Source: a virus. From it: a DNA stretch of 64,000 bases. A model generated the notes under the pieces. It made no database searches and was not told the origin of the DNA. It saw only the letters and a list, made by a program, of their open reading frames with translations. The DNA lies in the IMG/VR virus record IMGVR_UViG_3300010389_000002; one strand, given 5' to 3'. The translations under genes and the position numbers were made by a program. Below are positions 19,117 through 28,404 of this stretch, piece by piece (within the stretch, counting starts at the first letter, position 1; each line of letters starts with the position of its first letter).

Positions 19117-19382
19117 CGTTCCTTCAGTCGTGTGCGTCCTATACTTCTGGCAGGAAACATGCTGGGTCAGTATGTTCCATCCAATGAATGAGGATATCAG
19201 CTTTTTCAAAAGGAGTGAAAAGAGTTGTCTCTTCCAATCCTTGCTTCAACCATTCATAGTCTTCACAGCGAAGATAATTCTCCACTGGGACATGACTAAA
19301 AAAGATGAGTGCTAATGAAAGCATAGGATGAACGCTCCGTTCCGCGACTTACTTGCGTCCTCCTCTGGGAGGAGGATGAACG
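19117..19382 (-). ncRNA. Tandem glutamine-II (Downstream-peptide, yfr6-like) riboswitch
   Basis: Two units CGTTCA-[P2 stem]-CGCA-N11-GAACGG at 19338-19382 and 19117-19334, upstream of a DUF4278-like gene. Confidence 0.75.
19139..19324 (-). CDS. 61-aa ORF nested inside riboswitch unit 2
   Basis: ATG lies in 5' arm TCCTATGC and TAG in 3' arm GTATAGGA. Confidence 0.65.
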   Translation of the reverse strand: MLSLALIFFSHVPVENYLRCEDYEWLKQGLEETTLFTPFEKADILIHWMEHTDPACFLPEV

Positions 19383-19389
19383 TATGGTA

Positions 19390-19419
19390 ATACTACCACA
19401 ATATATTTATGCTTGTCAA
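19390..19419 (-). promoter_or_regulatory. Overlapping sigma70 and late promoters for the riboswitch transcript
   Basis: TTGACA-N18-TAGTAT plus ATAAATA at 19404-19410. Confidence 0.6.
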
Positions 19420-19422
19420 GCC

Positions 19423-19755
19423 TTAGAGACGCTGGACACAGGTGGTGTTATTGCTAGTAGGATGTAACTGTTCCAAGATAATATCTACAGCAATCTTTGG
19501 TTCCGACTCACCACAAGTAAATATATCAAAAGCAGCTTCACCTTTCTCTGGCCAAGTATGAACAGAGATATGTGACTCAGATAATAAACACAAGGCAGTG
19601 ACACCTTGAGGTTCAAACTTATGTGATGTAGTATCTAATACTTCTGCTCCACAGGCAATAGCAGAATTTTCCAAAAGATCTCTTAAAAAGAGTTCATCAT
19701 CAAGAAGACGTGGCGACACGCCATATACGTCTAACAAATAATGTACGGATGCCAT
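19423..19755 (-). CDS. speD: Pyruvoyl-dependent decarboxylase, SpeD family
   Basis: HKFEPQGVT..LLSESHISVHTWPEKG.AAFDIFTCG. Confidence 0.93.
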   Translation of the reverse strand: MASVHYLLDVYGVSPRLLDDELFLRDLLENSAIACGAEVLDTTSHKFEPQGVTALCLLSESHISVHTWPEKGEAAFDIFTCGESEPKIAVDIILEQLHPTSNNTTCVQRL

Positions 19756-19756
19756 T

Positions 19757-20017
19757 TCACTTCTTTTTCTGGGGTTTACTAGGATCGTTCCATAGTTTGG
19801 GATTCACTCTACCCTCGGATTGATACCACGGAGGTTTGAAATCTTCTCTATACTTATCCCAGTAATGATCAAAGATTTCTATTTGTTTTCTTGGTTGTAC
19901 AATATCATAACAAACTTTACCATCCTCAATATAAGTTACTACATAAGAATTGTATGGTAGATCTCTTGTATTGTGAGCGGCAAGGTCACAGTCACGATGT
20001 ATAATTTTTATACTCAT
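19757..20017 (-). CDS. Conserved cyanophage hypothetical protein
   Basis: LPYNSYVVTY...IFDHYWDKY...EGRVNPKLW. Confidence 0.65.
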   Translation of the reverse strand: MSIKIIHRDCDLAAHNTRDLPYNSYVVTYIEDGKVCYDIVQPRKQIEIFDHYWDKYREDFKPPWYQSEGRVNPKLWNDPSKPQKKK

Positions 20018-20463
20018 GAACGCTTACCCCATACGATTTGTGGAAAAGCTTCTTCCACAACAGCACGGGTAAGGCGGTATTTTTTGTTCAACGATTTATC
20101 CTTGGCTAAGCACACGACTTGTGCTTCATCTTCATGCAGTCCTTCTAGAAGTTGAATGAAGAGAGACTCCCTACGAATAGGAGTTAAATTAGATCCACCT
20201 TTATAGAACAGTCTTAGCTGTCGGTACTCTCTTTCGAGTACAGTATGCTCTGTTCCCTTGGGAGCGTCGTTGGGTGTAAATGGTACTTCGCCTTCAGGCA
20301 ATAAACACTCAGCACTTTCATCGTAACTAGCGATCAAGATAGCACGAAGAGCATTAGTATTATGCTGCCTCAAAAGATTAACCTTTTCTGCTTTTGTTTT
20401 AGCATTGCTTACTTTTTGTAAGACTTCAGATATTAACAGTTTCATTTTTATTGAACATGGCAA
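20014..20463 (-). CDS. Conserved T4-like hypothetical protein
   Basis: LLISEVLQKVSNAKTK...LLPEGEVPF...RRESLFIQLLEGLH; usual neighbour of rnh. Confidence 0.75.
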   Translation of the reverse strand: MPCSIKMKLLISEVLQKVSNAKTKAEKVNLLRQHNTNALRAILIASYDESAECLLPEGEVPFTPNDAPKGTEHTVLEREYRQLRLFYKGGSNLTPIRRESLFIQLLEGLHEDEAQVVCLAKDKSLNKKYRLTRAVVEEAFPQIVWGKRS

Positions 20464-21313
20464 CGTTTACAGTAGATACATAGAACCTATCCATAAGAGC
20501 ATTCAATTGATGATTATGTAGGTATTCTAAAGGTACAGTCTTTTCAAGAGTATTTAGCGAGTTGTATTCTTCTAGAATTTTATCTTGAATTTCCTCAGGA
20601 ATGTAATCACAATCAATAAGATTTAAATTTCTGTAGTAGTTAGCAAGTTCTTGCTCGGTTTTACAGAAGTAAGATGGATCTTTTTCAATCCATACATTTA
20701 ATTTCTTTTGACTAATTGGTTTCTGCCTAACCCCTTTGACAAAAGTATCATCAGCAGATAAGAAGTTGGGAATACCATCCGACTTGTCTCCTTTGATAAC
20801 ATGTTGTCTAATATATTTCCAAGGGTTTTCTGAAGTTACATATCTTTTGGTGACAGGATTATACTGTGATACACCAGGGTAGCGATGAAGCTGAATGAAA
20901 TCTTTATCACCTGAGAGAATTAAGATTCTTTCTTTAGGTTTTTTATTCTTACATAAGACAGCGATAACATCATCTGCTTCAGCACCATTAACTTCTACCA
21001 CTTTATAGTGAAAGTGTTCTCTAATCTCATCCTTGATTTGATTCAAGAAATCAAAGATAGAAGTCCAGTTAAGACCAGACTTTTTTCTATCTTTCTTTCT
21101 AGACCATTTGTAGTATGGAAAATATTCTTTTCTCCAATAGTTTCTACTATCATAAGCAAGAACTACTTCACCATACTCTTCCCCATACTGTTGCTCGTAA
21201 TTAGAAAGGTTTCTTAGAACCAAGAACCTAACTAAGTTCTCATCTAAGTGTGCTTTTTTAATTTGAGTCATCAGATTACTAATCATAATCTGATTCATAT
21301 CAATAATAATCAT
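20426..21313 (-). CDS. rnh: T4-type RNase H (5'-3' exonuclease)
   Basis: IIIDMNQI, EADDVIA, LSGDKDFIQL, GDKSDGIPN. Confidence 0.95.
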   Translation of the reverse strand: MIIIDMNQIMISNLMTQIKKAHLDENLVRFLVLRNLSNYEQQYGEEYGEVVLAYDSRNYWRKEYFPYYKWSRKKDRKKSGLNWTSIFDFLNQIKDEIREHFHYKVVEVNGAEADDVIAVLCKNKKPKERILILSGDKDFIQLHRYPGVSQYNPVTKRYVTSENPWKYIRQHVIKGDKSDGIPNFLSADDTFVKGVRQKPISQKKLNVWIEKDPSYFCKTEQELANYYRNLNLIDCDYIPEEIQDKILEEYNSLNTLEKTVPLEYLHNHQLNALMDRFYVSTVNVAMFNKNETVNI

Positions 21314-21533
21314 CCTCCTCTTCTTCCTCCTCGTCAATGAATCTTACAGAGAGAAGCTCTTCATTAATAACAATTCCGTCTTCGTCATACATTTCAGGAT
21401 GCATCTGAATCTGAGAGTTCTTATTGTAAAAGTTGTAAACAATGTCGTTGATAAACCATCCAGCAATTATGCCCACTATAAAGAACAAAACAGAAAAGCT
21501 ACCCCAAATAAAAAGCATTGTTGGTGTTTCCAT
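21300..21533 (-). CDS. Hypothetical single-TM protein
   Basis: Hydrophobic N-terminus then MHPEMYDEDG acidic tail. Confidence 0.6.
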   Translation of the reverse strand: METPTMLFIWGSFSVLFFIVGIIAGWFINDIVYNFYNKNSQIQMHPEMYDEDGIVINEELLSVRFIDEEEEEEDDYY

Positions 21534-21550
21534 ATCTTATCTCCTGGAGA

Positions 21551-21772
21551 TTATTCTTCTGTGTTGTCTACCCTCCTCCAATTAAACTCTAAGTTAAAAT
21601 AGAATTGTTTTCTTAGGAGGGTCAAGGAATGACTAAACCTAAACCCTTGAGTGTCTGGTTTATTCTTGTTCCTCCTGAGCATTAGCTCTACACCTCTATT
21701 TATGGATCTTTCTTTTGTTTTTGGATCCTTTTCGTCGCCCTGGTCGCTTATCATATTCGTAATCTTTGGCAT
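21551..21772 (-). CDS. Hypothetical protein
   Basis: INRGVELMLRR motif; operon packing. Confidence 0.5.
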   Translation of the reverse strand: MPKITNMISDQGDEKDPKTKERSINRGVELMLRRNKNKPDTQGFRFSHSLTLLRKQFYFNLEFNWRRVDNTEE

Positions 21773-22046
21773 CTTGAATAATTTTTTCTAGATAATTTGC
21801 TATCTTTCTTGCCTTTGGTTTACCAACATGTCGATAAGCTTCAAGCAATGTTTTGTTACCTCCAGAACAATAGTCTCTAAGTTCTTCTATCATACTTTCG
21901 ATGTGTGATGTGGAACTAAGAAATTGGGTAGCGTCTTTTCTCTTTGCGTTAGCACCCTTAAGGTACTGATACAAATTTAAAACGTATCTATCATTCTTAA
22001 ACGCTTCATCAATGGCACGTTCTACAATCCAGTTTACTTCTTCCAT
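21696..22046 (-). CDS. Conserved cyanophage hypothetical protein
   Basis: LYQYLK...EAYRHVGKPKARKI. Confidence 0.65.
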   Translation of the reverse strand: MEEVNWIVERAIDEAFKNDRYVLNLYQYLKGANAKRKDATQFLSSTSHIESMIEELRDYCSGGNKTLLEAYRHVGKPKARKIANYLEKIIQDAKDYEYDKRPGRRKGSKNKRKIHK

Positions 22047-22294
22047 TACTTTCTTTTCGATACCAATCCTTTATCTAATAAAAACTTAGCGGTCTCCACA
22101 ACGCCACCAATTACTTCTCCATCTATGAGAACAAATGGAAATGATGTACGGTCTGGATACATAGAAGCAAACTCTTCACGGGGAATAGTTACTCCAACTA
22201 TTGATTCTATATAGTCAAGATTAGCTCGTTGTAATAGAACTTTTAACTTTTTACAATAAGTACACCCAGGAATTGAATAAAATTCGACCTTCAT
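22046..22294 (-). CDS. nrdC: Glutaredoxin
   Basis: CTYC active site, SFPFV, IGG. Confidence 0.88.
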   Translation of the reverse strand: MKVEFYSIPGCTYCKKLKVLLQRANLDYIESIVGVTIPREEFASMYPDRTSFPFVLIDGEVIGGVVETAKFLLDKGLVSKRK

Positions 22295-22315
22295 AGGATT
22301 AAATCCTCAACACAT

Positions 22316-22344
22316 AGTATACAAGGGATTGATCTGTTTGTCAA
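22316..22344 (-). promoter_or_regulatory. Sigma70-type promoter
   Basis: TTGACA-N17-TATACT. Confidence 0.65.
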
Positions 22345-24380
22345 TCCTCAGTGTCAAAGAAAAACATTTGCCATAGACGACAGTTCTCTTTAACTGTTCC
22401 AAAATATCCAGAGGATGAATGTATACAAGCAGCATCAAAGATTACTAATCTATTGTATACATTACCAAGGACATCGACTGGTTCGAAGTCACTACCATCT
22501 AGGTGTGGGTCTCCTGGAATTCCCTCCCACGATGCATTCCATCCTGTCTGACGATAACTTCTAGCTTTAGTGTATCTTTGAGCATACAGAGTAGTACCGT
22601 ACTGGAAGGGAGCGCCTGGTGTCAGGTATAGCATACCACCCCACATCTGCTGATCACAGTGCCAGACCTGAGGTTGTCCAGAGATACACCACTGGAATCT
22701 ACCATTCATTCCATGCTCCTGCCACTTAGTAATCTTCTTACCCATGATCTCTTCGAACCTTTCTTTGAGACCAGGAAACAAGAACTGTTGATGAGTCCTA
22801 TTACCAATGTATCCTCTACCAATACCACCTGTATGATAGTCTTGCTTGAGAGCAAAGCTTCTTACTGAATCAGGATCCTTATAGAAACCATCAACAATCC
22901 AGACAGATTTTTGTGGAGTGGAATTTAAAACCCCAATAGGTTCAAAGGTTGATATTGGTTCTGGATTAATATTGTTACCGTTGTCAAGATAAAGCATCAA
23001 CTCACGTTGATAGTTATCGATAAAGTGATCATCAAAAATCTTATGAGTAAAATCAAAGTGCTTGTTCTCATAGTTCACAGCATCACTGATAAGCTTATAA
23101 GATCCAAACTTATTGAGATGTTTATCTCTAAACGCTTTAAACTTTTCTCTAAAGTTAGGACCTCTCAAGTGTAACTCCATAGAAATAAATTCTACTTTGT
23201 TAGCAAGGTAGTTAATGTTTTCTTCTGAGAATACTTCATACTCTCCTCCTTCAATATCCATCTTAAGAAAATCAATTTTCTTTAAGTTGTTATCAATTAG
23301 AAACTCAAGGAAAGTCTGAGAAGTGAAGTCCTTATCAGTAATCATACCAGTCTTATCTTGTCCGTCAGAAAGAAGAGCATGATTAACTACAACTAGATCA
23401 ACTCCATTCTCTTCCGCCAGAGCATCACAATTTTTATGGATTGCTTCGACAGAAGTTTTGTTTGGTTCTACACAAATAACCTTCGAAGGTTTTTGTGCCA
23501 AGATACTATGAGTGAATGGTCCACAGCTAGCACCAAGATCAACAACCACATCTCCTTCTTGAACATCACGGAACCAACGATAGACTTTCTCCGTGTAAAT
23601 CTCTCTTTGAATTTGATATACATTGTCCCAGTCTAAAAGAGCCCAGTCGAACTCTCTAGGATTCATAATATAATCAAACTTACTATCATCAACCCAATCA
23701 AATGTCATGGGAGGACGAAGAGATTCCATAGAGACTCTCTTGAATACCATAGCAGCATCAACAATATGAATTCTACGGAATCCAAGAGTCTCTAGGTAGT
23801 GAGGAATCCCTTTCTCTACACCCCAGTTGACATCATCGAGAATACAATAGCCCCCAACCTTAACACGCTTAGCATACTTATCAACATCTCTGTATGCCTG
23901 GACAGTGTGCTGACCATCAATGTATGCATAGTCAACGTCAGGAAACTCAGGAGCATCATCACTGGTTGATCTGATTACATTAATATACTTAGACGTTTCT
24001 GTCTCTTCGATAACAGTCAGAAAAATATTATAGTAACGTTCTAGGTCAACAGTAGACCAATAATTTTTATCTTGTCCGTGATAATCTATGGTCGCTTCTT
24101 CATTAGACCACGGATCAATAGCATGAATAATACCTTTACCATGCCGCTTCAGTTCTAAGGCAGCTGGGAACACACTCATGCCACCAAAAACACCAACCTC
24201 AACACAGACAGGATTCTCTACGTTTTTACAGATATCATCTACATAATCAATGATACATCCAGCCTTGTTTAGAGAACAGAATCCCCATGAATTATTATAC
24301 TCTTTGCTTTTTTCTCTATACAAGTCAATGATTTGATTCTTCGTATCATGGATGGTACGAGTCACAGTTGATGTAGTCAT
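22341..24380 (-). CDS. Three-domain protein: class I methyltransferase + FkbM-like methyltransferase + 2OG-Fe(II) dioxygenase-like domain
   Basis: VEVGVFGG..YIDGQH; VVDLGASCG..VEP..LKMDIEGGE; WIVDGFYKDPDSVR..HCD..NRLVIFD..HS. Confidence 0.75.
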   Translation of the reverse strand: MTTSTVTRTIHDTKNQIIDLYREKSKEYNNSWGFCSLNKAGCIIDYVDDICKNVENPVCVEVGVFGGMSVFPAALELKRHGKGIIHAIDPWSNEEATIDYHGQDKNYWSTVDLERYYNIFLTVIEETETSKYINVIRSTSDDAPEFPDVDYAYIDGQHTVQAYRDVDKYAKRVKVGGYCILDDVNWGVEKGIPHYLETLGFRRIHIVDAAMVFKRVSMESLRPPMTFDWVDDSKFDYIMNPREFDWALLDWDNVYQIQREIYTEKVYRWFRDVQEGDVVVDLGASCGPFTHSILAQKPSKVICVEPNKTSVEAIHKNCDALAEENGVDLVVVNHALLSDGQDKTGMITDKDFTSQTFLEFLIDNNLKKIDFLKMDIEGGEYEVFSEENINYLANKVEFISMELHLRGPNFREKFKAFRDKHLNKFGSYKLISDAVNYENKHFDFTHKIFDDHFIDNYQRELMLYLDNGNNINPEPISTFEPIGVLNSTPQKSVWIVDGFYKDPDSVRSFALKQDYHTGGIGRGYIGNRTHQQFLFPGLKERFEEIMGKKITKWQEHGMNGRFQWCISGQPQVWHCDQQMWGGMLYLTPGAPFQYGTTLYAQRYTKARSYRQTGWNASWEGIPGDPHLDGSDFEPVDVLGNVYNRLVIFDAACIHSSSGYFGTVKENCRLWQMFFFDTED

Positions 24381-24386
24381 AGTAAT

Positions 24387-24548
24387 TTAATCACTTTTAT
24401 GTTTTACAAAAGGTTCCCAATGTTCCCATCCATATTTATGGACTGCCCACATACCTAGGATAGGAACAAATATCAAAGAGAATCCCATGATGCCTAAGCA
24501 CCACGGGCGCTCCATTACTATTCTTGCTATGTGTCCTAGTTCGTGCAT
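24387..24548 (-). CDS. Small membrane protein (53 aa)
   Basis: MHELGH...LIFVPILGMWAVHKYGWEHWEPF; start reassigned. Confidence 0.55.
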   Translation of the reverse strand: MHELGHIARIVMERPWCLGIMGFSLIFVPILGMWAVHKYGWEHWEPFVKHKSD

Positions 24549-24634
24549 CACCAGTCCGTTAAAATAGAAACTACAAATAAAAATACACCAAACCCTATAC
24601 AAACACCCCAGATTATTGCTCCTGCTATATCCAT
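24548..24634 (-). CDS. Single-TM micro-protein (28 aa)
   Basis: MDIAGAIIWGVCIGFGVFLFVVSILTDW; stop overlaps next start (TGATG). Confidence 0.45.
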   Translation of the reverse strand: MDIAGAIIWGVCIGFGVFLFVVSILTDW

Positions 24635-24780
24635 GTCGCCCACGGGTCACAGTTACCAATACAAGACTGTGGATGCTTCCAGTCATTCTCTTTTAAAACT
24701 TTAATCTCAAATTTAAGTGCTTCAATTTCTTTTCTTAAAACATAGTTTTCTTGTTTAAGTTCTTCTAGCGTAAGTTCCAT
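24625..24780 (-). CDS. Small coiled-coil protein (51 aa)
   Basis: MELTLEELKQENYVLRKEIEALK...CIGNCDPWATWI. Confidence 0.5.
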   Translation of the reverse strand: MELTLEELKQENYVLRKEIEALKFEIKVLKENDWKHPQSCIGNCDPWATWI

Positions 24781-24796
24781 AAGTTTCTATAGTGCT

Positions 24797-25462
24797 TTAC
24801 CTAGTAACATTGTCCCAATCCTTTTGGAATAGTTCCAACCCTTTGTCTGTCATGATGTTGTTATACATCTTCCAGAACACTGCTGGTGGCATGGTACAAA
24901 CGTCAGCGCCAGCAAGAGCACAAGCTTCTACGGAACGGACATCACGTAGAGATGCTGCTAAGGTTTTGGTGTTATATCCATTGTAAAAACTAATGTCTTT
25001 ACTATTATATTCATAGATCTTATTGATAAGATCTACGCCACAAATCCCATTGTCTTCCCACCTGCCTACGAATGGAGAAACATATTCTGCTCCTGCATTC
25101 TTAGCAAGAATATGCTGTGCCAACGAGAACACAAGTGTCACATTAACAGAGTGTCCAATAGAAGACAGTGCCTTACAAGTTTGTAACCCAGGAACAGTCA
25201 TAGGAACTTTGATAGTGATGTTACCATCCATACAAATGTATTCCTCTGCCTGTTCCATCATACCATGGACATCATCTGCTACAACTTCAGCAGAGATGCT
25301 GTCGAGGGCAGGGAAGGACTGTCCGATCTCTCGGATGACATCTTGTGGTATCCTACCCGACTTGAGGATTAGAGTAGGATTGGTGGTCACTCCATCCAGT
25401 AGTCCTGTTTCGTAAGCTTTGCTGATCTCATCTACATCAGCAGTATCAAGAAATAGTTTCAT
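24797..25462 (-). CDS. talC: Transaldolase (TalC family)
   Basis: LFLDTAD, GVTTNPTLI, IKVP, NVTLVFS, YVSPFVGR, AASLR. Confidence 0.95.
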   Translation of the reverse strand: MKLFLDTADVDEISKAYETGLLDGVTTNPTLILKSGRIPQDVIREIGQSFPALDSISAEVVADDVHGMMEQAEEYICMDGNITIKVPMTVPGLQTCKALSSIGHSVNVTLVFSLAQHILAKNAGAEYVSPFVGRWEDNGICGVDLINKIYEYNSKDISFYNGYNTKTLAASLRDVRSVEACALAGADVCTMPPAVFWKMYNNIMTDKGLELFQKDWDNVTR

Positions 25463-25596
25463 GGATTATGGTTCCTGCTATCTTTGATTTTATTAAATGC
25501 CCAGACTCCCAGAGCACCTGCTCCGAGTCCTACAATACAACAAACAATCATGTGAGTAAGGTGTTCAAAGGTTGAGTGGTCAGCGTGATTCATCAT
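25459..25596 (-). CDS. Single-TM micro-protein (45 aa)
   Basis: MMNHADHSTFEHLTHMIVCCIVGLGAGALGVWAFNKIK...; stop overlaps talC start. Confidence 0.5.
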   Translation of the reverse strand: MMNHADHSTFEHLTHMIVCCIVGLGAGALGVWAFNKIKDSRNHNP

Positions 25597-25677
25597 TTAG
25601 ATTTTTTAACGGGAAAGGTTGCTTCCATTGCTGTAGTCAACAAGAAAGCAAATCCAAAAACAAATAAGTGCTCCATG

Positions 25678-26001
25678 TTATGAGACATGAATTGTACCGA
25701 TCATGCCCGCACCTTTGTGGGGAGCACACCAGTAAGTATAGTCTCCTGCCTCTGGGAAGTCAATCGTAAAGTCTTCGCCTGGTAACATAGCGAGACCTTC
25801 GTGGCTCAACTCAGGATGACCATCAACCACGACATTATGTGGTGGTAGCATATTGTTAATAAAATGAACAGATTCTCCAGCATTGATTGATACCTCAGCA
25901 GGTTCGAACACTAGGTTGCCATTAGCACCCATCTGGACATCTACTGCCCAAGCAGGAAGTGCCAAAAATAGTGAAGCAAATAATGCTAATAAAAACTTCA
26001 T
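25678..26001 (-). CDS. petE: Plastocyanin
   Basis: Signal peptide, PHNVV, YWCAPHKGAGM copper ligands. Confidence 0.95.
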   Translation of the reverse strand: MKFLLALFASLFLALPAWAVDVQMGANGNLVFEPAEVSINAGESVHFINNMLPPHNVVVDGHPELSHEGLAMLPGEDFTIDFPEAGDYTYWCAPHKGAGMIGTIHVS

Positions 26002-26119
26002 AAGTCTTAATGTGACTACTGTATGTAGGTATTATTTCTTAGATTTTATATTTTTTTAACAAGACTGTGTTAGAAAATGATAACAATAAAAAAGAGGGTC
26101 CTAAAACCCTCCAGTTATA

Positions 26120-27178
26120 TCACAGGGCGTTGCCTCTTGGCAACACTTCTTCTGGGAATACAAAGTTCTCATGTGGTTGATCCACTGGTGCCATCCAAGC
26201 ACGTAGACCTTCATTCAATAGGATGTTCTTGGTATAGAACGTCTCGAACTCAGGATCCTCTGCTGCTCTGATCTCTTGTGAAACAAAGTCATAAGCTCTA
26301 AGGTTAAGTGCAAGACCAATAATACCAATGCTGCTGGTCCAAAGACCCATAACAGGAACAAACAACATAAAGAAATGTAGCCAACGCTTATTGCTGAAGG
26401 CGATACCAAAGATCTGAGACCAGAAACGATTAGCCGTGACCATCGAGTAAGTCTCTTCTTCTTGAGTAGGCTCAAAAGCCTTGAATGTATTTGATTGTTC
26501 ACCATCTTCAAACAAAGTATTCTCTACGGTAGCACCATGAATAGCACAGAGCAATGCTCCACCCAGGATACCTGCTACACCCATCATGTGGAAGGGGTTG
26601 AGTGTCCAGTTATGAAAACCTTGGAGGAACAGGAGGAAACGGAAGATTGCCGCCACACCAAACGAGGGGGCAAAGAACCAACTGGATTGCCCCAGAGGAT
26701 ACATAAGGAATACGCTGACAAAGACAGCAATCGGACCAGAGAAAGCAATAGCATTGTACGGACGAATACCTACAAGACGGGCGATCTCAAACTGCCGAAG
26801 CATGAAACCTATGAGAGCAAAGGCTCCGTGGAGCGCCACAAAATTCCAGAGTCCCCCAAGTTGGAACCAACGGATGATGTCTCCCTGAGCTTCTGGACCC
26901 CATAGAAGAAGTAGGGAATGTCCGAGAGCGTCAGCAGGAGTTGATACAGCAGCAGTAAGGAAATTACATCCCTCAAGATACGAAGAAGCAATCCCGTGAG
27001 TGTACCAGCTCGTGACGAATGTTGTGCCCGTGAGCCAACCGCCCAGTGCCAGGTAAGCAGTAGGGAACAGAAGAAGACCTGACCAACCAACAAAAACGAA
27101 CCTATCACGCTTAAGCCAGTCATCGAGTACATCAAACCACCCCCTTGTTTTTACTTGTGTTAGTGTGCTTGCGACCAT
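26120..27178 (-). CDS. psbD: Photosystem II D2 protein
   Basis: Full 352-aa D2 sequence ending [10 protein letters not shown]. Confidence 0.99.
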   Translation of the reverse strand: MVASTLTQVKTRGWFDVLDDWLKRDRFVFVGWSGLLLFPTAYLALGGWLTGTTFVTSWYTHGIASSYLEGCNFLTAAVSTPADALGHSLLLLWGPEAQGDIIRWFQLGGLWNFVALHGAFALIGFMLRQFEIARLVGIRPYNAIAFSGPIAVFVSVFLMYPLGQSSWFFAPSFGVAAIFRFLLFLQGFHNWTLNPFHMMGVAGILGGALLCAIHGATVENTLFEDGEQSNTFKAFEPTQEEETYSMVTANRFWSQIFGIAFSNKRWLHFFMLFVPVMGLWTSSIGIIGLALNLRAYDFVSQEIRAAEDPEFETFYTKNILLNEGLRAWMAPVDQPHENFVFPEEVLPRGNAL

Positions 27179-27272
27179 TAGTTTTTTCCTTTTCTTTTTT
27201 TAACCAATATAATTGTGGCCATGTATCACGAATAATTTCTCTTAATTTGTTTGGAGTTTCTTCGTTGTACAT
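27132..27272 (-). CDS. Small hypothetical protein between psbA and psbD (46 aa)
   Basis: [26 protein letters not shown]...; overlaps psbD start. Confidence 0.45.
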   Translation of the reverse strand: MYNEETPNKLREIIRDTWPQLYWLKKEKEKTNGRKHTNTSKNKGVV

Positions 27273-27278
27273 AGATGG

Positions 27279-27302
27279 AAAAAGGGGGCGAATGCCCCCT
27301 TA
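27279..27302 (-). terminator. psbA terminator
   Basis: AAGGGGGC-ATTC-GCCCCCTT followed by T tract. Confidence 0.75.
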
Positions 27303-27322
27303 AAAGTTATTCAGTTTTTATA

Positions 27323-28399
27323 TCAACCAACCGTAGGAGCGGTGAGAGCAATAGGAGTGCTCTCAGCAGCAGCAAGGTCGAGAGGGAAGTTGTGAGCATT
27401 ACGTTCGTGCATCACTTCCATGCCAAGACCAGCACGGTTAAGAACGTCAGCCCAAGTGTTGAGTACACGACCTTGTGAATCAACGATGGACTGGTTGAAG
27501 TTGAAACCGTTGAGGTTGAATGCCATGGTCGAAACACCCAGAGCGGTGAACCAAATACCTACAACTGGCCAAGCAGCGAGGAAGAAGTGGAGCGAACGGG
27601 AGTTGTTGAACGAAGCATACTGGAAGATCAGACGACCGAAGTAACCGTGGGCAGCCACGATGTTGTAGGTCTCTTCTTCTTGACCGAACTTGTAACCATA
27701 GTTCTGTGACTCGTTCTCGGTGGTTTCACGAACAAGCGAAGAGGTAACCAGAGAACCGTGCATTGCCGAGAACAGAGAACCACCGAAGACACCAGCGACA
27801 CCCAGCATGTGGAAGGGGTGCATCAGGATGTTGTGCTCTGCTTGGAAGACAAGCATGTAGTTAAAGGTGCCACTGATACCCAGGGGCATAGCATCGGAGA
27901 AAGAACCTTGACCGAAAGGATAGACGAGGAAAACAGCGGAAGCAGCAGCGACAGGAGCACTGTAAGCAACCATGATCCAAGGTCTCATGCCGAGGCGGTA
28001 GGAGAGTTCCCACTCACGACCCATGTAGGCGTAGATGCCGATGAGGAAGTGGAAAACAACCAGCTGGAAAGGACCGCCGTTGTACAGCCACTCGTCGAGG
28101 CTGGCGGCTTCCCAGATGGGATAGAAGTGAAGTCCAATAGCGTTGGAACTAGGAACAACAGCACCAGAGATGATGTTGTTACCGTACATGAGTGAACCAG
28201 CGACGGGTTCACGGATGCCGTCGATGTCCACTGGGGGAGCACCAACGAAAGCGATGATGAAACAAGTAGCAGCAGCGAGCAAGCAAGGAATCATCAAGAC
28301 TCCAAACCAACCAACATAAAGACGGTTGTTGGTGCTAGTGACCCAGCTACAGAATTGTTCCCAAGTATTTGATTGTCGTTGTTGTGAAAGAGTTGTCAT
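27323..28399 (-). CDS. psbA: Photosystem II D1 protein
   Basis: Full 358-aa D1, no intron, long C-terminal extension after HNFPLDLA. Confidence 0.99.
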   Translation of the reverse strand: MTTLSQQRQSNTWEQFCSWVTSTNNRLYVGWFGVLMIPCLLAAATCFIIAFVGAPPVDIDGIREPVAGSLMYGNNIISGAVVPSSNAIGLHFYPIWEAASLDEWLYNGGPFQLVVFHFLIGIYAYMGREWELSYRLGMRPWIMVAYSAPVAAASAVFLVYPFGQGSFSDAMPLGISGTFNYMLVFQAEHNILMHPFHMLGVAGVFGGSLFSAMHGSLVTSSLVRETTENESQNYGYKFGQEEETYNIVAAHGYFGRLIFQYASFNNSRSLHFFLAAWPVVGIWFTALGVSTMAFNLNGFNFNQSIVDSQGRVLNTWADVLNRAGLGMEVMHERNAHNFPLDLAAAESTPIALTAPTVG

Positions 28400-28404
28400 T
28401 GTTA

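Noticed and set aside
19383-19420. NtcA box upstream of the glutamine riboswitch
   Set aside because: GTA and TAC are separated by 6 nt rather than the required 8
26077-28245. Long antisense and alternate-frame ORFs over psbA/psbD
   Set aside because: Common codon-bias shadows; any antisense transcription cannot be supported from sequence alone
27323-28399. Group I intron or homing endonuclease in or next to psbA (also checked thyX, nrdA, nrdB, gp43)
   Set aside because: All frames are continuous and of normal length; no GIY-YIG, HNH or LAGLIDADG ORF seen
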